Assembly (NCBI GenBank): GCA_963698885.1
Contig: CAVOSJ010000003.1
Location: forward strand, 361,250-425,249
Reading direction: 5' to 3'
DNA length: 64,000 bases
Source of the DNA: Nitrospirota bacterium
GTDB taxonomy: Bacteria; Nitrospirota; JACRHJ01
Under the pieces are notes generated by a model that was not told the origin of the DNA, did not search any database, and was given only the letters and a program-made list of their open reading frames with translations. Positions 36,900 to 51,298 of this stretch are shown one piece after another (position 1 is the first letter of the stretch; each line of letters opens with the position of its first letter). The position numbers and the translations under genes were made by a program.

Positions 36900-38069
36900 T
36901 TAGGGATTACTGGAGACGTCGTCATCCGTGCCGATATATCCGTCCAAGCCGGCGCTTTCAATGAGGACTTCCCCTTTGTTGAATTTCATTTCAAGCATCC
37001 TGCCCCATGGATCGGTTAAATCCGCATCATAATCCAGCGTTCCAAGGGCGGAAAGTTTTTTGGGATAAAAGCCGTTATCAAAATAATAAAGGTCCGCATT
37101 ATCCCGCACCTTCTTTACCTGGACTGTGCAAAAAGATGTTTTAACGTCCGGGAACCGCGTGACCCTTGGGTCCATTATCCTCCTTGTGCCGGTAACCTGG
37201 AGGAAAATCAGTGAAAGCGCGGCGGCCACCACGATATAAAGGACGTAAACAAGCCACTCGGAAGCAACCTTTGGATGCCTTATCTTTTTCTCATGCAGGA
37301 TAATCTCAGGCAGTGATTCCGTCTTCCGTAAAAAGCCTTTACGCATAAGCTCGACGATCGCTTTGGAGGCGTCGAATTCCCCAAGGGGCGAGGACTCGAT
37401 AATTTCATATACCGTTTTGCCTCCCCGCACCAGCTTAAGGGTCTGGAGGGCCTCCTTTGATAGGCCGCCCGGGCCGTCATCGTACGTAAAAATATCCCCT
37501 TCCCCGGCCGTCTCGTCTTCTGAAACCGTTTTCAGAGCGTCTTTCTCCAGCACGACATCCGAAGGAGGAAGCATCTTTTCCAGCTTTGGCCACTCGTCCA
37601 GCATCCTTACTCCGTCCATCAGGAGATGTTCGGAGCTTAAAGGGGCCACGGTATCGCGGTCGTATTCTACTTTATCCTGATAAAACTTATAATCGCCGCC
37701 TTTCCACCTGAAGACCCTGTAAACTGCTTCTTTCATCTGGAAAGAGAGCGCTTCCTGAAGGTCATCCTTGTTGATAAGTTCCTGGCCTATCAGGATGCTC
37801 CCTATCTTGCGCGCAGTCGTCTTCTGGACCTCGAGGGCCTCTTCCAGTTGATAAGGCTCAATTTTTCCAAGATTTATTAATATCCTGCCGGTTAAATATT
37901 TGGGGATTTTAAGGCTTTCTTCGGCCTTTACAACGGCCCCGTCCTCGAAATGGATGTTGACCGTGGTCTCAAGCCCTTTAAGGAAGAGCGTACCCGTTTT
38001 CTTCTGAAGGCCGATCAACTGAAAAATGTCAGCAAGGCCGAAATCTTTTATAGTGCCTTCGAGCGCCAT
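36900..38069 (-). CDS. DUF4388 domain-containing protein with internal TM helix (389 aa)
   Basis: N-terminal GTIKDFGLADIFQLIGLQKKTGTLFL is the DUF4388/PATAN-like signature. Confidence 0.55.
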   Translation of the reverse strand: MALEGTIKDFGLADIFQLIGLQKKTGTLFLKGLETTVNIHFEDGAVVKAEESLKIPKYLTGRILINLGKIEPYQLEEALEVQKTTARKIGSILIGQELINKDDLQEALSFQMKEAVYRVFRWKGGDYKFYQDKVEYDRDTVAPLSSEHLLMDGVRMLDEWPKLEKMLPPSDVVLEKDALKTVSEDETAGEGDIFTYDDGPGGLSKEALQTLKLVRGGKTVYEIIESSPLGEFDASKAIVELMRKGFLRKTESLPEIILHEKKIRHPKVASEWLVYVLYIVVAAALSLIFLQVTGTRRIMDPRVTRFPDVKTSFCTVQVKKVRDNADLYYFDNGFYPKKLSALGTLDYDADLTDPWGRMLEMKFNKGEVLIESAGLDGYIGTDDDVSSNP

Positions 38070-38076
38070 TATCGCC

Positions 38077-39969
38077 TCAAATTACTTTGCGCAGGCTAAA
38101 CTGCGAAAAGAGATAAAAAACCAGCAACAGTATAGACATCAGCAGGACGTCCGGCTGTAAGAACGGGAGCCGGAATTCATACGGGACATCCAGGAATTGT
38201 CCGAAGAATATATCCTTTACGAAGAAAATAAAGGCACCCATGAACAGAAATCCCCTGAACGGATGTCCCGTCAGAAAATGACCGGTCCCCGGCACTACCA
38301 GGGAGACGGAACGGTAAAATAGCGATTTTTTTCTATTCTTCTCCCGCACTTCGAGAAGTTTACGCACCCTGTCCCTTGCCTCCACGCCCTCCAGCTTTAC
38401 AAATATCTGGTGGCATTCGGGGCAGAGTTCCTTGCTATAGTTGGGCTTTTGGCACTTCCTGCAGCTCACCTTGCCGCATTTTTTACAGAAATGAGAAATT
38501 ACCCCCTTCTTTCTGAACGCACTGACGGCAAAAGCAAGGAGAATAAAGGAAATCCCCGCAAGACGAGTGCCTTTTAACGGCAGCACCTTTACCGTCATCT
38601 CCCATAGAGAATCCGCAAGCCCGCTATGTCCGGAGGAAAACGCTATCCGCCAGAATGTCTCGGCAGGGACCTGATAGTCGAACACCATCCTCACCGGTTC
38701 AGTCCCGGCTCTGTCCCGAAGGGCTGAAATCAGTGCCGGGTCAAGCTCCCTGGCCGTTAAGTCCGCCCTCTCCCTTTCCGGGAACATCAGGTTTTCCCCG
38801 TAAACCTGGCTGAGGTTGAAATACGGCAGGGGTCTTGTAGGGCCGTACTGGATTGCCGCCTGGTATTCTCTCACGGCATCGGAGTTCCTTCCGGCAAGAA
38901 AATACACATTGCCCAGATTGTTTCGATAAACCGGATTTTCAGGGTATGCCGTCGAAAGTTTCTCATAGGCTTCGGCGGCATCGTCATATCTTCCGGATTT
39001 TTTATACAACTCGGCGAGCGTCATCGCCGCCGCCTCGTTTCCGGGCTCTTTCGACGTCACCGATTCCAGGTATTCCTCCGCGCCGCTATGGAGGTGCCCC
39101 TTGTTCACATCATCCATCACCCAAAGAAGCCTGTTTCCTCCGGCTTGCGCGAAGTTTGAGAAGTTCCCGATTATCTCCGGCATAAAGACAAGGAGGGCAA
39201 AAAAGCAAATGGCAAGCGCTTTTTCTTTTTTATTGAAGTAAACCCAGAACGAAAGGAAGCATGCCGAAGCCGCCCACCAGTAGCCGAGCAGGCCGAGTAC
39301 GGCGAGAAGGAACAGCGGCAGGATTATATATGTCAGATACGGTTCATATTCTTTCTTTTTAATCACTTCCGAGATGTCGTGGGAGAAAAGAGCGGAGTAC
39401 CTGACCGCCATGCAGAGCCCAAAAAGCGAGAAGAGAGCGGCCAGGGTGAAAAGGAAACTGGCAAACTTGTTGCCGGCATAGAAGAACGTCCACCAGAAGT
39501 CTCTAAGGGATTTAATAAATCCTTCCCGGAATGAATCCAGAGTAATCAGGAACTTCATTTTGTCCTGGGCAAAGTAAGCCCAACCCTTTGCAAAATAAGC
39601 CGGAGGGTAATCAGGGGATATCCTGACCGCGGAATTGATTAGCAACAGTGCTCCGGCTGTATCTTTGGCTTCCAAAAGGGATTTTCCTTGCTTCAACATC
39701 GCCGCCGACAGCGGCTCAAATGACGTAATCCCCAAGTCCATGCAGAAGCTATCCAGCTCGCGAAGACTATTCCTGGCGCCCTCGTAGTCTTTCGCATCCA
39801 GCCTTTTCCGGACCTCCGAAAGCTTCCCGTAAGCCGCGCCGTTGATGAACGCTATATCAGTAGCCTTTGAGGGAGAAACAGAGGCGGGCGCTGACGCATC
39901 CTGGGCGAAAGAAGGCGCCGCGAAAAGGACCATAGCTATGATAACAAATATTATTTTTCGTGCCATCAT
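38077..39969 (-). CDS. TPR-repeat polytopic membrane protein with C-terminal zinc-ribbon (630 aa)
   Basis: Signal peptide, multiple TM helices, TPR-like repeats, Cys cluster CKKCGKVSCRKCQKPNYSKELCPECH. Confidence 0.55.
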   Translation of the reverse strand: MMARKIIFVIIAMVLFAAPSFAQDASAPASVSPSKATDIAFINGAAYGKLSEVRKRLDAKDYEGARNSLRELDSFCMDLGITSFEPLSAAMLKQGKSLLEAKDTAGALLLINSAVRISPDYPPAYFAKGWAYFAQDKMKFLITLDSFREGFIKSLRDFWWTFFYAGNKFASFLFTLAALFSLFGLCMAVRYSALFSHDISEVIKKKEYEPYLTYIILPLFLLAVLGLLGYWWAASACFLSFWVYFNKKEKALAICFFALLVFMPEIIGNFSNFAQAGGNRLLWVMDDVNKGHLHSGAEEYLESVTSKEPGNEAAAMTLAELYKKSGRYDDAAEAYEKLSTAYPENPVYRNNLGNVYFLAGRNSDAVREYQAAIQYGPTRPLPYFNLSQVYGENLMFPERERADLTARELDPALISALRDRAGTEPVRMVFDYQVPAETFWRIAFSSGHSGLADSLWEMTVKVLPLKGTRLAGISFILLAFAVSAFRKKGVISHFCKKCGKVSCRKCQKPNYSKELCPECHQIFVKLEGVEARDRVRKLLEVREKNRKKSLFYRSVSLVVPGTGHFLTGHPFRGFLFMGAFIFFVKDIFFGQFLDVPYEFRLPFLQPDVLLMSILLLVFYLFSQFSLRKVI

Positions 39970-39992
39970 ATAGATTTACTTGTTGCTCTAAG

Positions 39993-40604
39993 TTATTTCC
40001 GGGAAAATCCGGCCTCTTCCCCTCTAATTAGTCTTTTTATATTTTCCCGATGTTTAATAAATATCATAACTGCAAGGAAGAAGGAAAGAATAATAAAAAA
40101 ATAGTTGCCGCCTTTGAATACCAGGGCCAGCAGGGGCAGCGCTGTAAAGGCGGCCAGCGCACCGACGGACGATATCCTTATCGCGATAAAGGCAAGGAGC
40201 CAGACCGCCACGCACGCAAGGCCGACAAAAGGCTCCAGCGCCAGAATTGTCCCCAGGCTGGTAGCGACCCCCTTGCCGCCTTTAAACCCTGCAAATATAG
40301 AAAAATCATGTCCCAGGACCGCCGCCCCCGCCGCCAACGTCCCCGCTTCATACCCGCCGAACTTTAGCGCTATCAGGACCGCCGCCACCCCTTTAAGCAT
40401 GTCTCCCAGCAAAGTCAGCGCGCCCGCCTTCTTCCCGAGTACCCGGAGAGCGTTTGTCGCGCCGATGTTGCCGCTCCCCTTCGAGCGGAGGTCGGCGCCG
40501 TATGCTTTAGCAACCAGCACGCCGAACGGTATGGAACCCAAAAGATACGCAATGAGGCAAAAGGTAAATATCATCGGCCATCCCGGACACAGGGCCCAGG
40601 TCAC
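39993..40604 (-). CDS. plsY: Glycerol-3-phosphate acyltransferase PlsY
   Basis: LLGSIPFG and SGNIGATN motifs. The true start is probably the internal Met (MIFTFC...) near 40574. Confidence 0.8.
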   Translation of the reverse strand: MTWALCPGWPMIFTFCLIAYLLGSIPFGVLVAKAYGADLRSKGSGNIGATNALRVLGKKAGALTLLGDMLKGVAAVLIALKFGGYEAGTLAAGAAVLGHDFSIFAGFKGGKGVATSLGTILALEPFVGLACVAVWLLAFIAIRISSVGALAAFTALPLLALVFKGGNYFFIILSFFLAVMIFIKHRENIKRLIRGEEAGFSRK

Positions 40605-41182
40605 TGGCCGCCCTCCCCGGACAGGCCGATCTTGTCCCAGTACTCCACGAAGTACTGAACGCCGGAAATCACCGCGAGCAGCATGGATATCCAGAGCGAG
40701 ACGATGCCTATCCAGAACATATCCAAATACGCAAACTTTACCCCAAGGTCCAGCAGGAGCGCGATTATGGCAATGGTCTGGAAGACCATCTTCGCCTTCC
40801 CCCCTTCCGCGGCGGGTATTACATAGCCTTCCGAAGAAGCCGCCGCCCGAAGCCCCGTGACGGCGAATTCCCTCCCGATTATCACGATTACAATCCAGGC
40901 CGGGACCTGTCCGTGGAGCGATACGAGCAGGATAAGCGCGGACGACGTAAGGAGCTTGTCCGCAATGGGGTCGAAGAGTTTTCCGAGTTTAGTTATCTGA
41001 CCGGTGCGCCGGGCGATGTAGCCGTCGAGCCAGTCGGTGATGGAAGCTATGAAAAAAATGCCCGTGGCGGCCATTGCCCGGGTGCCAAGCGTCAGGTTGA
41101 ACGGTGTATATGAGGAAAGAAACAGGATGAATACCGGGATAAGCAGGACTCTAAGAAGAGTAAGGGCGTTCGGGAGGTTCAA
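40601..41182 (-). CDS. pgsA: CDP-diacylglycerol--glycerol-3-phosphate 3-phosphatidyltransferase
   Basis: CDP-alcohol phosphatidyltransferase motif D(x)2DG(x)2AR...G...D(x)3D (DWLDGYIARR...GKLFDPIADK). Confidence 0.8.
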   Translation of the reverse strand: MNLPNALTLLRVLLIPVFILFLSSYTPFNLTLGTRAMAATGIFFIASITDWLDGYIARRTGQITKLGKLFDPIADKLLTSSALILLVSLHGQVPAWIVIVIIGREFAVTGLRAAASSEGYVIPAAEGGKAKMVFQTIAIIALLLDLGVKFAYLDMFWIGIVSLWISMLLAVISGVQYFVEYWDKIGLSGEGGQ

Positions 41183-41249
41183 AGCCAGTTTTCCTCATTT
41201 CCCGTAAGTTAATACTTTTCCGGATTTTACAGCATCGGAAGGCCATTTA

Positions 41250-41780
41250 TCAACTAAAATATTTTGAGTTAACCGCGTCCCAGTCCCCTCTCGCCTTCAG
41301 AATGTAATCTATCGCCTCGCGCACCGCGGCCTGGCCGCCTTTCCTCTCCGTCACCATGTCCGCCGCTTCCTTCACGTACGGCTCGGCGTCCGAGACCGAT
41401 ATGGAAAGCCCGACCCGCTTCATTACCGGAAGGTCGACATTGTCGTCTCCGATATAGGCAATCTCCTCGTCTTTCATCCCCAGCCTGTCTTTAAGTTCCA
41501 GATACGCCGGGAGCTTATCAAGCGCCCCCTGTATTACATGCTCTATGCCAAGCTCGCGCGCCCTGATCTCGACCACCTTGGACTGCCTTCCGGTAAGAAG
41601 CGCCACGTCCACGCCGGCGCGCATCAACATCTTCATCCCGTGGCCGTCCCGGACATTGAACACCTTATATTCCGTTCCCTTGTCGTCCAGTATTATCTGG
41701 CCTCCCGTCAGGACGCCGTCCACGTCGGATATAAGGAGCTTTATCTTAGAGGCCTTCCGGCGTATCTCTTCTCTTATCAT
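41250..41780 (-). CDS. kdsC: 3-deoxy-D-manno-octulosonate 8-phosphate phosphatase
   Basis: HAD motif I LISDVDGVLTGG; 176 aa. Confidence 0.8.
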   Translation of the reverse strand: MIREEIRRKASKIKLLISDVDGVLTGGQIILDDKGTEYKVFNVRDGHGMKMLMRAGVDVALLTGRQSKVVEIRARELGIEHVIQGALDKLPAYLELKDRLGMKDEEIAYIGDDNVDLPVMKRVGLSISVSDAEPYVKEAADMVTERKGGQAAVREAIDYILKARGDWDAVNSKYFS

Positions 41781-42735
41781 TACACTACCCCCGCCTTCAG
41801 TAAATCGTGCAGATGGATTATCCCCTCGGGCCTCCCCTCGCCGTCAACGCTTAGAAGCGAGGTTATTGAATATTTTTCCATAATCGCCACGGCCTCCGCC
41901 GCCAGTGCGTCACGGCTTATCATCTTCGGGTTCCCGTGAGCCAGTTCTCCCGCATTTTTAGAGAACAGATCATCTGACTTCTCTAAATAGCGCCTGAGGT
42001 CCCCGTCTGTTATGACGCCAACTAACTTCCCTTCGCCGTCAACGACCGTCGTGATGCCCATCTTCTTCGACGTTATCTCAAAAAGGGCCTCGCGCATGGA
42101 GGTATCCGCCTTCACCACCGGCACATCGGCCCCGCTGTGCATTACGTCCTCTACCCTGAGAAGAAGCTTCTTACCCAGGCTCCCGCCCGGGTGGAAACAG
42201 GCAAAATCCTCTTCCTTAAAGCCGCGTTTCTCAAGTAACGTAATGGCCATCGCGTCTCCCATCGCAAGAGTCGCGGTCGTGGAAGCCGTCGGAGCCAGGC
42301 CCATCGGACACGCCTCCTCGGCTACGCCTACGTCTATCGTGACTTCGGCGGCCTTCGCAAGGGCTGACTTCATCCCGCCTGTCAGTGCTATTACGGGGAC
42401 CATTAACCTTTTAAATACCGGGAGCAGTTTGACTATCTCCTCCGTCTCGCCGGAGTTGGATATGGCGATTATCACGTCCCCCTTCATCACCATCCCCAGG
42501 TCGCCGTGTATTCCCTCGGCGGGATGCAGGAAAAGCGCGGGCGTGCCGGTTGACGCAAGAGTCGCGGCTATCTTCTTCCCGATGAGGCCGGACTTCCCCA
42601 TGCCGGTGACGACGACCCGGCCCTTGCAGGACAGGATTATCTCCATCGCCTTGGCGAACTCGCCGTTTATCTTGTCGATAAGCGCAAGTATCGCCTCGGC
42701 CTCAATTCTCAGGACTTTTTTTGCGCCGTTAAGCA

Positions 42736-42736
<1 letters not shown>
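41780..42736 (-). CDS. kdsD: Arabinose-5-phosphate isomerase
   Basis: SIS domain (GMGKSG) followed by a tandem CBS pair; 318 aa. Confidence 0.85.
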
Positions 42737-45948
<3,212 letters not shown>

Positions 45949-45952
<4 letters not shown>

Positions 45953-46905
45953 AGGGCCTCCCTGTTCTCAATGTACCATTCGACGAATTTCTGGACGCCC
46001 TCCTCTACCTGGGTCCGGGGGTCGTATCCGAGTATCTTTTTCGATTTGGTAATGTCGGCGTAAGTGATCTGGACGTCGCCCGGCTGGTCCGGAAGCTGCT
46101 CGATATTCGCCTTCTTGCCGAGGCTTTTCTCTATAAGTTCGATCAGCTTTCTCAGTTCCGTAGTCCGTGATTCGCCGATATTAAATATTTCAAATTCCGC
46201 ATTATAATCTATCGCCTTCAGCACGCCGTCGGCGATGTCGTCCACATAGGTGTAGTCCCTGCGGGACGAGCCGTCTCCGAACATGGGGACGGGTTTCCCC
46301 TGGTCGATCAGACGGGTGAACTTGTGTATGGCCATCTCCGGCCTCTGCCGCGGCCCGTAGACGGTGAAGAACCTGAGGCATGAAATATTAAGGTTATAGA
46401 GGTAATGGTACGTGTGGCATATAAGCTCGCAGGCTTTTTTTGTAGCCGCATAGGGAGACACCGGGTTGTCGACGTTGTCAGTTTCGGAAAAAGGAACCTT
46501 TTTATTGTTTCCATATACGGACGAAGACGAGGCGAAGATAAAGCCAGGCAGGTTATTCTCCTTTGCCGCCTCCAGCAGGTTCATGGTGCCCCGGAAATTC
46601 ACGTCCTCGTAGAGGAGCGGGTCTATAATCGACGGCCGCACTCCCGCCCGCGCCGCAAGATGGAATACCCGGTCAAATTTTTCCCTTTTAAAAAGCGTCT
46701 TCAGCAGTTCCAGGTCCCGGATATCGCCCTCGACCAGTTTATACGACTGGTTTTTGAGGGCCGTTTGAATGTTGTTCCTCTTTATGCGGGGTTCGTAGAA
46801 CTCGTCGAAACAGTCGATGACTACTACCTCGTCACCGCGCGCAAGGAGCTTTTCCGAGACGGTAGACCCAATGAAGCCCGCGCCGCCCGTAACAAGTATC
46901 TTCAT
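45949..46905 (-). CDS. NAD-dependent nucleotide-sugar epimerase (UDP-glucuronate 4-epimerase-like SDR)
   Basis: GGAGFIGS Rossmann motif and YAATK catalytic motif; 318 aa. Confidence 0.75.
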
Positions 46906-47888
46906 ATCACCGCCTGCTTTATCGTCTTTTTCAATTGTTCCGGTTTCACTGTCGCCGTCCCCACTTCGCCCACTACTATGCCCGCCGCATGGTTGGCAAT
47001 CACTGCCGCTTCGTGCATGTCCGCGCCTGTCGACAGGGCCAGCATCAATACCGCTATGACGGTATCCCCGGCGCCGGTAACGTCATATACTTCCTTGGCC
47101 ACGGTCGGTATGTGCACCGCTTTTCCGCCGCTTCGGAAGAGGCTCATCCCATGCTCGCCGCGGGTGATAAGCACCGCCTCGCTCTTTAGCTTCTCGATGA
47201 GTTTTTTCCCGGCGGCGGCAAGAGAAATTTCGTCGGTTATCTCGAACCCCGCCGCCTGCGAGGCCTCTAAATTATTCGGCGTCACCACCGTCACGTTTTT
47301 ATAGAAATCGAAATGTCCCACCTTCGGGTCTACCGCGACGGGTATTTTCCTCTCTCTGGCTATCTTCACGATACCCGCGACCAGCTTCTTTGTGACGACT
47401 CCCTTGGCGTAATCGGATATGATAATCCCGGATAAGGAATGATTGCAGGTTTTCAAGTAGTCCAGGATTATATCCTCCGAGGCGCAGGCAATGTCGCCCT
47501 TGCTCTCGCGGTCGAACCGGACTACCTGCTGGCTGTGCGCTATTACCCGCGTCTTTACGGTAGTAGGGCGGCAGTTATCCACGATTATTCCGTCCGTATC
47601 GATCTTTTTAAGCCGCAGCTCATGGATTACCCTGCGGCCCATCTCGTCGCTGCCGACGGCGCCGCAGATCCTCGCACTGCCGCCAAGAGATACTATATTA
47701 CTCAGGACGTTGGCCGCGCCGCCAAGCATTATGGATTCATGGTTTATTTCCACGACCGGGACAGGGGCCTCGGGCGAGATTCGAGATACCTTGCCCCATA
47801 CGAACTGGTCGAGTATGATATCGCCGACGACCAGGATATCAGCCGATTTAAACCGCTCCAGGTGTCCAAGAAGGCTTTTTTTGTCCAA
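46902..47888 (-). CDS. D-beta-D-heptose 7-phosphate kinase (HldE/RfaE domain I only, PfkB family)
   Basis: PfkB signature DVTGAGDT and ribokinase-like fold; 328 aa. No fused adenylyltransferase domain. Confidence 0.75.
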   Translation of the reverse strand: MDKKSLLGHLERFKSADILVVGDIILDQFVWGKVSRISPEAPVPVVEINHESIMLGGAANVLSNIVSLGGSARICGAVGSDEMGRRVIHELRLKKIDTDGIIVDNCRPTTVKTRVIAHSQQVVRFDRESKGDIACASEDIILDYLKTCNHSLSGIIISDYAKGVVTKKLVAGIVKIARERKIPVAVDPKVGHFDFYKNVTVVTPNNLEASQAAGFEITDEISLAAAGKKLIEKLKSEAVLITRGEHGMSLFRSGGKAVHIPTVAKEVYDVTGAGDTVIAVLMLALSTGADMHEAAVIANHAAGIVVGEVGTATVKPEQLKKTIKQAVI

Positions 47889-47926
47889 AAAGTTCTCTCC
47901 CGAGGGGCATGATAAAATGTGTTATT

Positions 47927-49045
47927 TTATATTACTTTCTCGTAAACCTCAAGCGTCTTGTGGAGAGTTTTTTCCCAGGTGAAGTTTTCCGCCTTTTCTC
48001 TGGCCCTTTTGCCGGTTTCTTCCCGCGCCTTTTCGCATGAAAGGTACTGAAGCGCAGCCGCAAGCCCCGCCGCGTCCTCCGGGTCATTCAGCACGAAGCC
48101 GTCTACCCCGTCTTCCATAACCTCCGCAACGCCGTTCTGAGAGGTGGTTATTACGGGCAGGCCGGACGCCATGGCCTCCAGGCAGGAGTTGGAAAACGGG
48201 TCGTACCTGGTTGGCAAGACATAAATATCGGACGCGCCGTAAAGAGATTCCGGGTCCTGGACATGGCCGGTAAAAACCAGCCTGTCGGCTACTCCCAGCT
48301 TTCCCGCCAGCTTGAGGAAGGGCTTCGGGTCGTCTTTTCCCGCCACCAGCAGCTTCAATTCGCTGATGTTTCCCTCCATATCCTTCGCGTACCACAGCGC
48401 CTTGATGGCCGTCTGAAGCCCCTTCCTTCTAAACCCGGCCCCTATGAAAAGCGCGACCGGCTCGTCGTTAAAACCATATTTTTGCCGGGCCTCATGCCTT
48501 TTAAGCTTTATATTGACCGGGTTGAATTTCATAAGGTCAACACCGTTATACGCCACGAAAACATTCTCCGGCGGGATAGGATAGTGCCTGAGAAGACCCT
48601 TTTTGGAGAACTCGGAGTTGGTTATGACCGCCTTGCAGCCTCCCGGCCGGTAACGCTCCTTTTCCATCTTCAGGATTACACGGTGCAGCGGGTTCAGGAA
48701 AGCGAAACGTTGTCCCATCCTTTCCAGGTACTCGGCATGGCATCCGCCGCCGACCGTTACCACCCCGTCGGTGAACGGCCTTATCTGGTTATGCACCAGG
48801 TCTATATCGCTCCTGCCGGAGAGCATCCGCAGGAGGTTGTTTTTAAAGCTTGATACCTTCAAAAAAGAAGGCCCCGCCGCGATCTTGACAATATTTACTT
48901 CGGCCTTGAAATCCGGCTCCTCGGAGGTTGCCGCAAATATGGAGACGTCATGCCCCCCGTCCACGAGTCCCCTGGCCAGATTCCACGTGCGCCTCTCGCT
49001 CCCGCCTTTTCTGTCGAAGCGGATGGACGCTATAGCTATTCGCAT
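47927..49045 (-). CDS. Glycosyltransferase family 4 (LPS core, WaaG-like)
   Basis: GT-B fold with a C-terminal EX7E-type motif region (GLPVITT...GVAEV); 372 aa. Confidence 0.7.
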   Translation of the reverse strand: MRIAIASIRFDRKGGSERRTWNLARGLVDGGHDVSIFAATSEEPDFKAEVNIVKIAAGPSFLKVSSFKNNLLRMLSGRSDIDLVHNQIRPFTDGVVTVGGGCHAEYLERMGQRFAFLNPLHRVILKMEKERYRPGGCKAVITNSEFSKKGLLRHYPIPPENVFVAYNGVDLMKFNPVNIKLKRHEARQKYGFNDEPVALFIGAGFRRKGLQTAIKALWYAKDMEGNISELKLLVAGKDDPKPFLKLAGKLGVADRLVFTGHVQDPESLYGASDIYVLPTRYDPFSNSCLEAMASGLPVITTSQNGVAEVMEDGVDGFVLNDPEDAAGLAAALQYLSCEKAREETGKRAREKAENFTWEKTLHKTLEVYEKVI

Positions 49046-50143
49046 CCCAGCGCCTTCCGGTATAGTGCCTCCATATCGTCCAGCATCCTCTCCTTCGTGT
49101 GGCCTTCCAGCGCCATCTTTCTACCGAGAAGGCCCATCCCGCGCGCCTTATCCGGGTCCGACAGAAGCTTCAATATCGCATCCGCGAGCGCTTCTGAGTC
49201 CTTGGGAGGCACGATATAGCCGTTGACCCCGTCCCTCACCACTTCCGGTATGCCGCCGACGGTTGTACCGACCAGAGGTTTACCAGCCGCCATCGACTGC
49301 AGGGCGAACTGAGGGATACCCTCCGATGCGTATGAGGCCATTACGGAAACGTCGAATGCGGCTATTATTTCCGGGACGTCCTCCCTATGCCCCGCAAGGA
49401 TTACCGATTCCCGTATTTTCAGCCGTTTGGACAGACCGTCCAGCCCCGTGGCCATATCACCCTCGCCCGCGATTAAAAGCCTCGCCTTTGGGAAACGCCG
49501 GAGCACCTCCGGCATCGCGCGCAGGATATATACATGTCCCTTCCAGCTCCGAAGCGCCGCGGCTATCCCGATTACCGGCTCTCCTTCGCCTATGCCGAAC
49601 TCCCGGCGCACTTTTTCACCGTCCGCGTCCGCAAAGACGGCAACGTCTATCCCCGTGGGTATTGAAAATATTTTCCGGGGGGAGAGGCCGATCTCCCGGA
49701 CAAGCTGTTCCTTTATAAAATTGCCGGTAGTGACTATGCCGTCGATTAATGGGCCGTAGATGAGTTTAGTAAACGGGCCGGATTTTAATTTTGAGGAAAT
49801 ATGCCTGGTACGGATGATCTTTACGCCAGCAAGCCTTCCTGCTATGCCCCCGGACCAGCTGTCCCTGCGAACTGTGCGTATTTAAAAGCTGGACCCGCTC
49901 CGATTTTATAACTCTCAAGAGCGCGGGCGCGGTAACCAGAAGACCCTGCTTGTCGAAATTTATTCCGAATACCTTTATCCCGGCGGCGGACGCCCTGTTA
50001 TAAATTTTGGAATGGACCGGCGCGGCCAGGGCGACTTCATGCCCCCTACCCTTCATCCCCAGCATCTCGCTTAAGATGCGGATCTCCTGGCCTCCCCAGC
50101 CTACGGAGGCCTCGGTATGGAGTATGCGAAAAAATTCATTCAT
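49036..50143 (-). CDS. Glycosyltransferase family 4, interrupted by a +1 frameshift near 49864-49866
   Basis: The N-terminal ORF 49766-50143 (MNEFFRILHTEASVGWGGQE...NTHSSQ) and the C-terminal ORF 49036-49611 are joined by frame +1 (DSWSGGIAGRLAGVKIIRTRHISS...). An extra G in cagGGGac. Confidence 0.7.
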
Positions 50144-50338
50144 GCCGGGACTTGTTACTCCTTTTCATCTAGTTTGTCAAGCAGTTCTCAGTCCTTATGA
50201 GGGTTTAATAGAAATAAAAGGTTTTAATATCAAGGCGATTATGTTATTATGCATCGGATGGTTTCTCTGGATAAATCCAGGGCAGCACAAAGGAAAAAAA
50301 GGGTTCTGCGGGCTAATTTGAAAGGTTTGGAGCTTTAA

Positions 50339-51194
50339 GTGTCGCAAATTGATAGAGAAAGTTTTTTACTTATCACGCTGGATTCCTGCCGTTACGATAC
50401 CTACAAAGCAGCGGAAACGCCGAATCTCGACAAAATAGGCAGCGTTCATAAAGCTTACGCGCCCGGCAACTTTACTCTTCCGAGCCATATAGCGATGTTT
50501 AGCGGGTTCATGCCTGGAGACCCTAAAAGCAAAATCGACTATGTGAATCCCAAGGTAAAACGCGTCTGGAAACTAGTGAACGAAGCATACGGAAAGTCGA
50601 ATCATTTGGTAGTTCTGCCAGGGAAAAATATTGTAGATGGTTTTAATAAGTCAGGCTACGTAACAATTGGCGCCGGCGGTGTTGGATGGTTTAACCCTTC
50701 AAAGATAGCTTCTGCCGTTCTCATAGAAAAATTTAAACACTATAATTTTTTTGGCAATTATTTTTACCTGAGGAAGCAGATTGAATGGCTTAAATCAAAG
50801 ATTCTTGAAAATCAAAACCGAAGGAAATTCATATTCCTAAATATTGGAGAAACTCACAGCCCCTATTGGCATGAGGGGGCTGAGTGGGCCCCTGCTCCAA
50901 ATCCTTGCTTGCCTTTTGGCAAGGAAAACAGCCGGGAAATATCACAGTATCGGCAAAGAAGATGTCTCGAATATGTTGATTCGATACTTTGGGAATTTCT
51001 GGATATCACCAATGATTTTAATATCCTGATCTGCGGAGACCATGGGGACGCGTGGGGAGAAGATGGAAATATGGGAACATTCGGTTCACCATGAAAAGGT
51101 TTTCGAAGTCCCATTGGTCATTAAGATAAATACCGGGATTGATTATTCTTTTTTAAACAATTACCATAGGACAAACCTGTATTAAAGAGGTTGG
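50339..51194 (+). CDS. Alkaline-phosphatase-superfamily enzyme (type I phosphodiesterase / sulfatase-like), interrupted by a +1 frameshift near 51076-51077
   Basis: NFTLPSHIAMFSG metal-site motif and CGDHGDAWGEDGNMG. The continuation ...HHEKVFEVPLVIKINTG... is in the +1 frame. Low-GC gene. Confidence 0.6.
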
Positions 51195-51298
51195 AGAGAA
51201 CTTTCAGAAAACAAATTCTCAACCGGTATATCAAAAAGAAACGATAAAAATCGCAAAGGAACCGTAGCTGTTAATGCCAGAGACTTGCAGTACAATTA

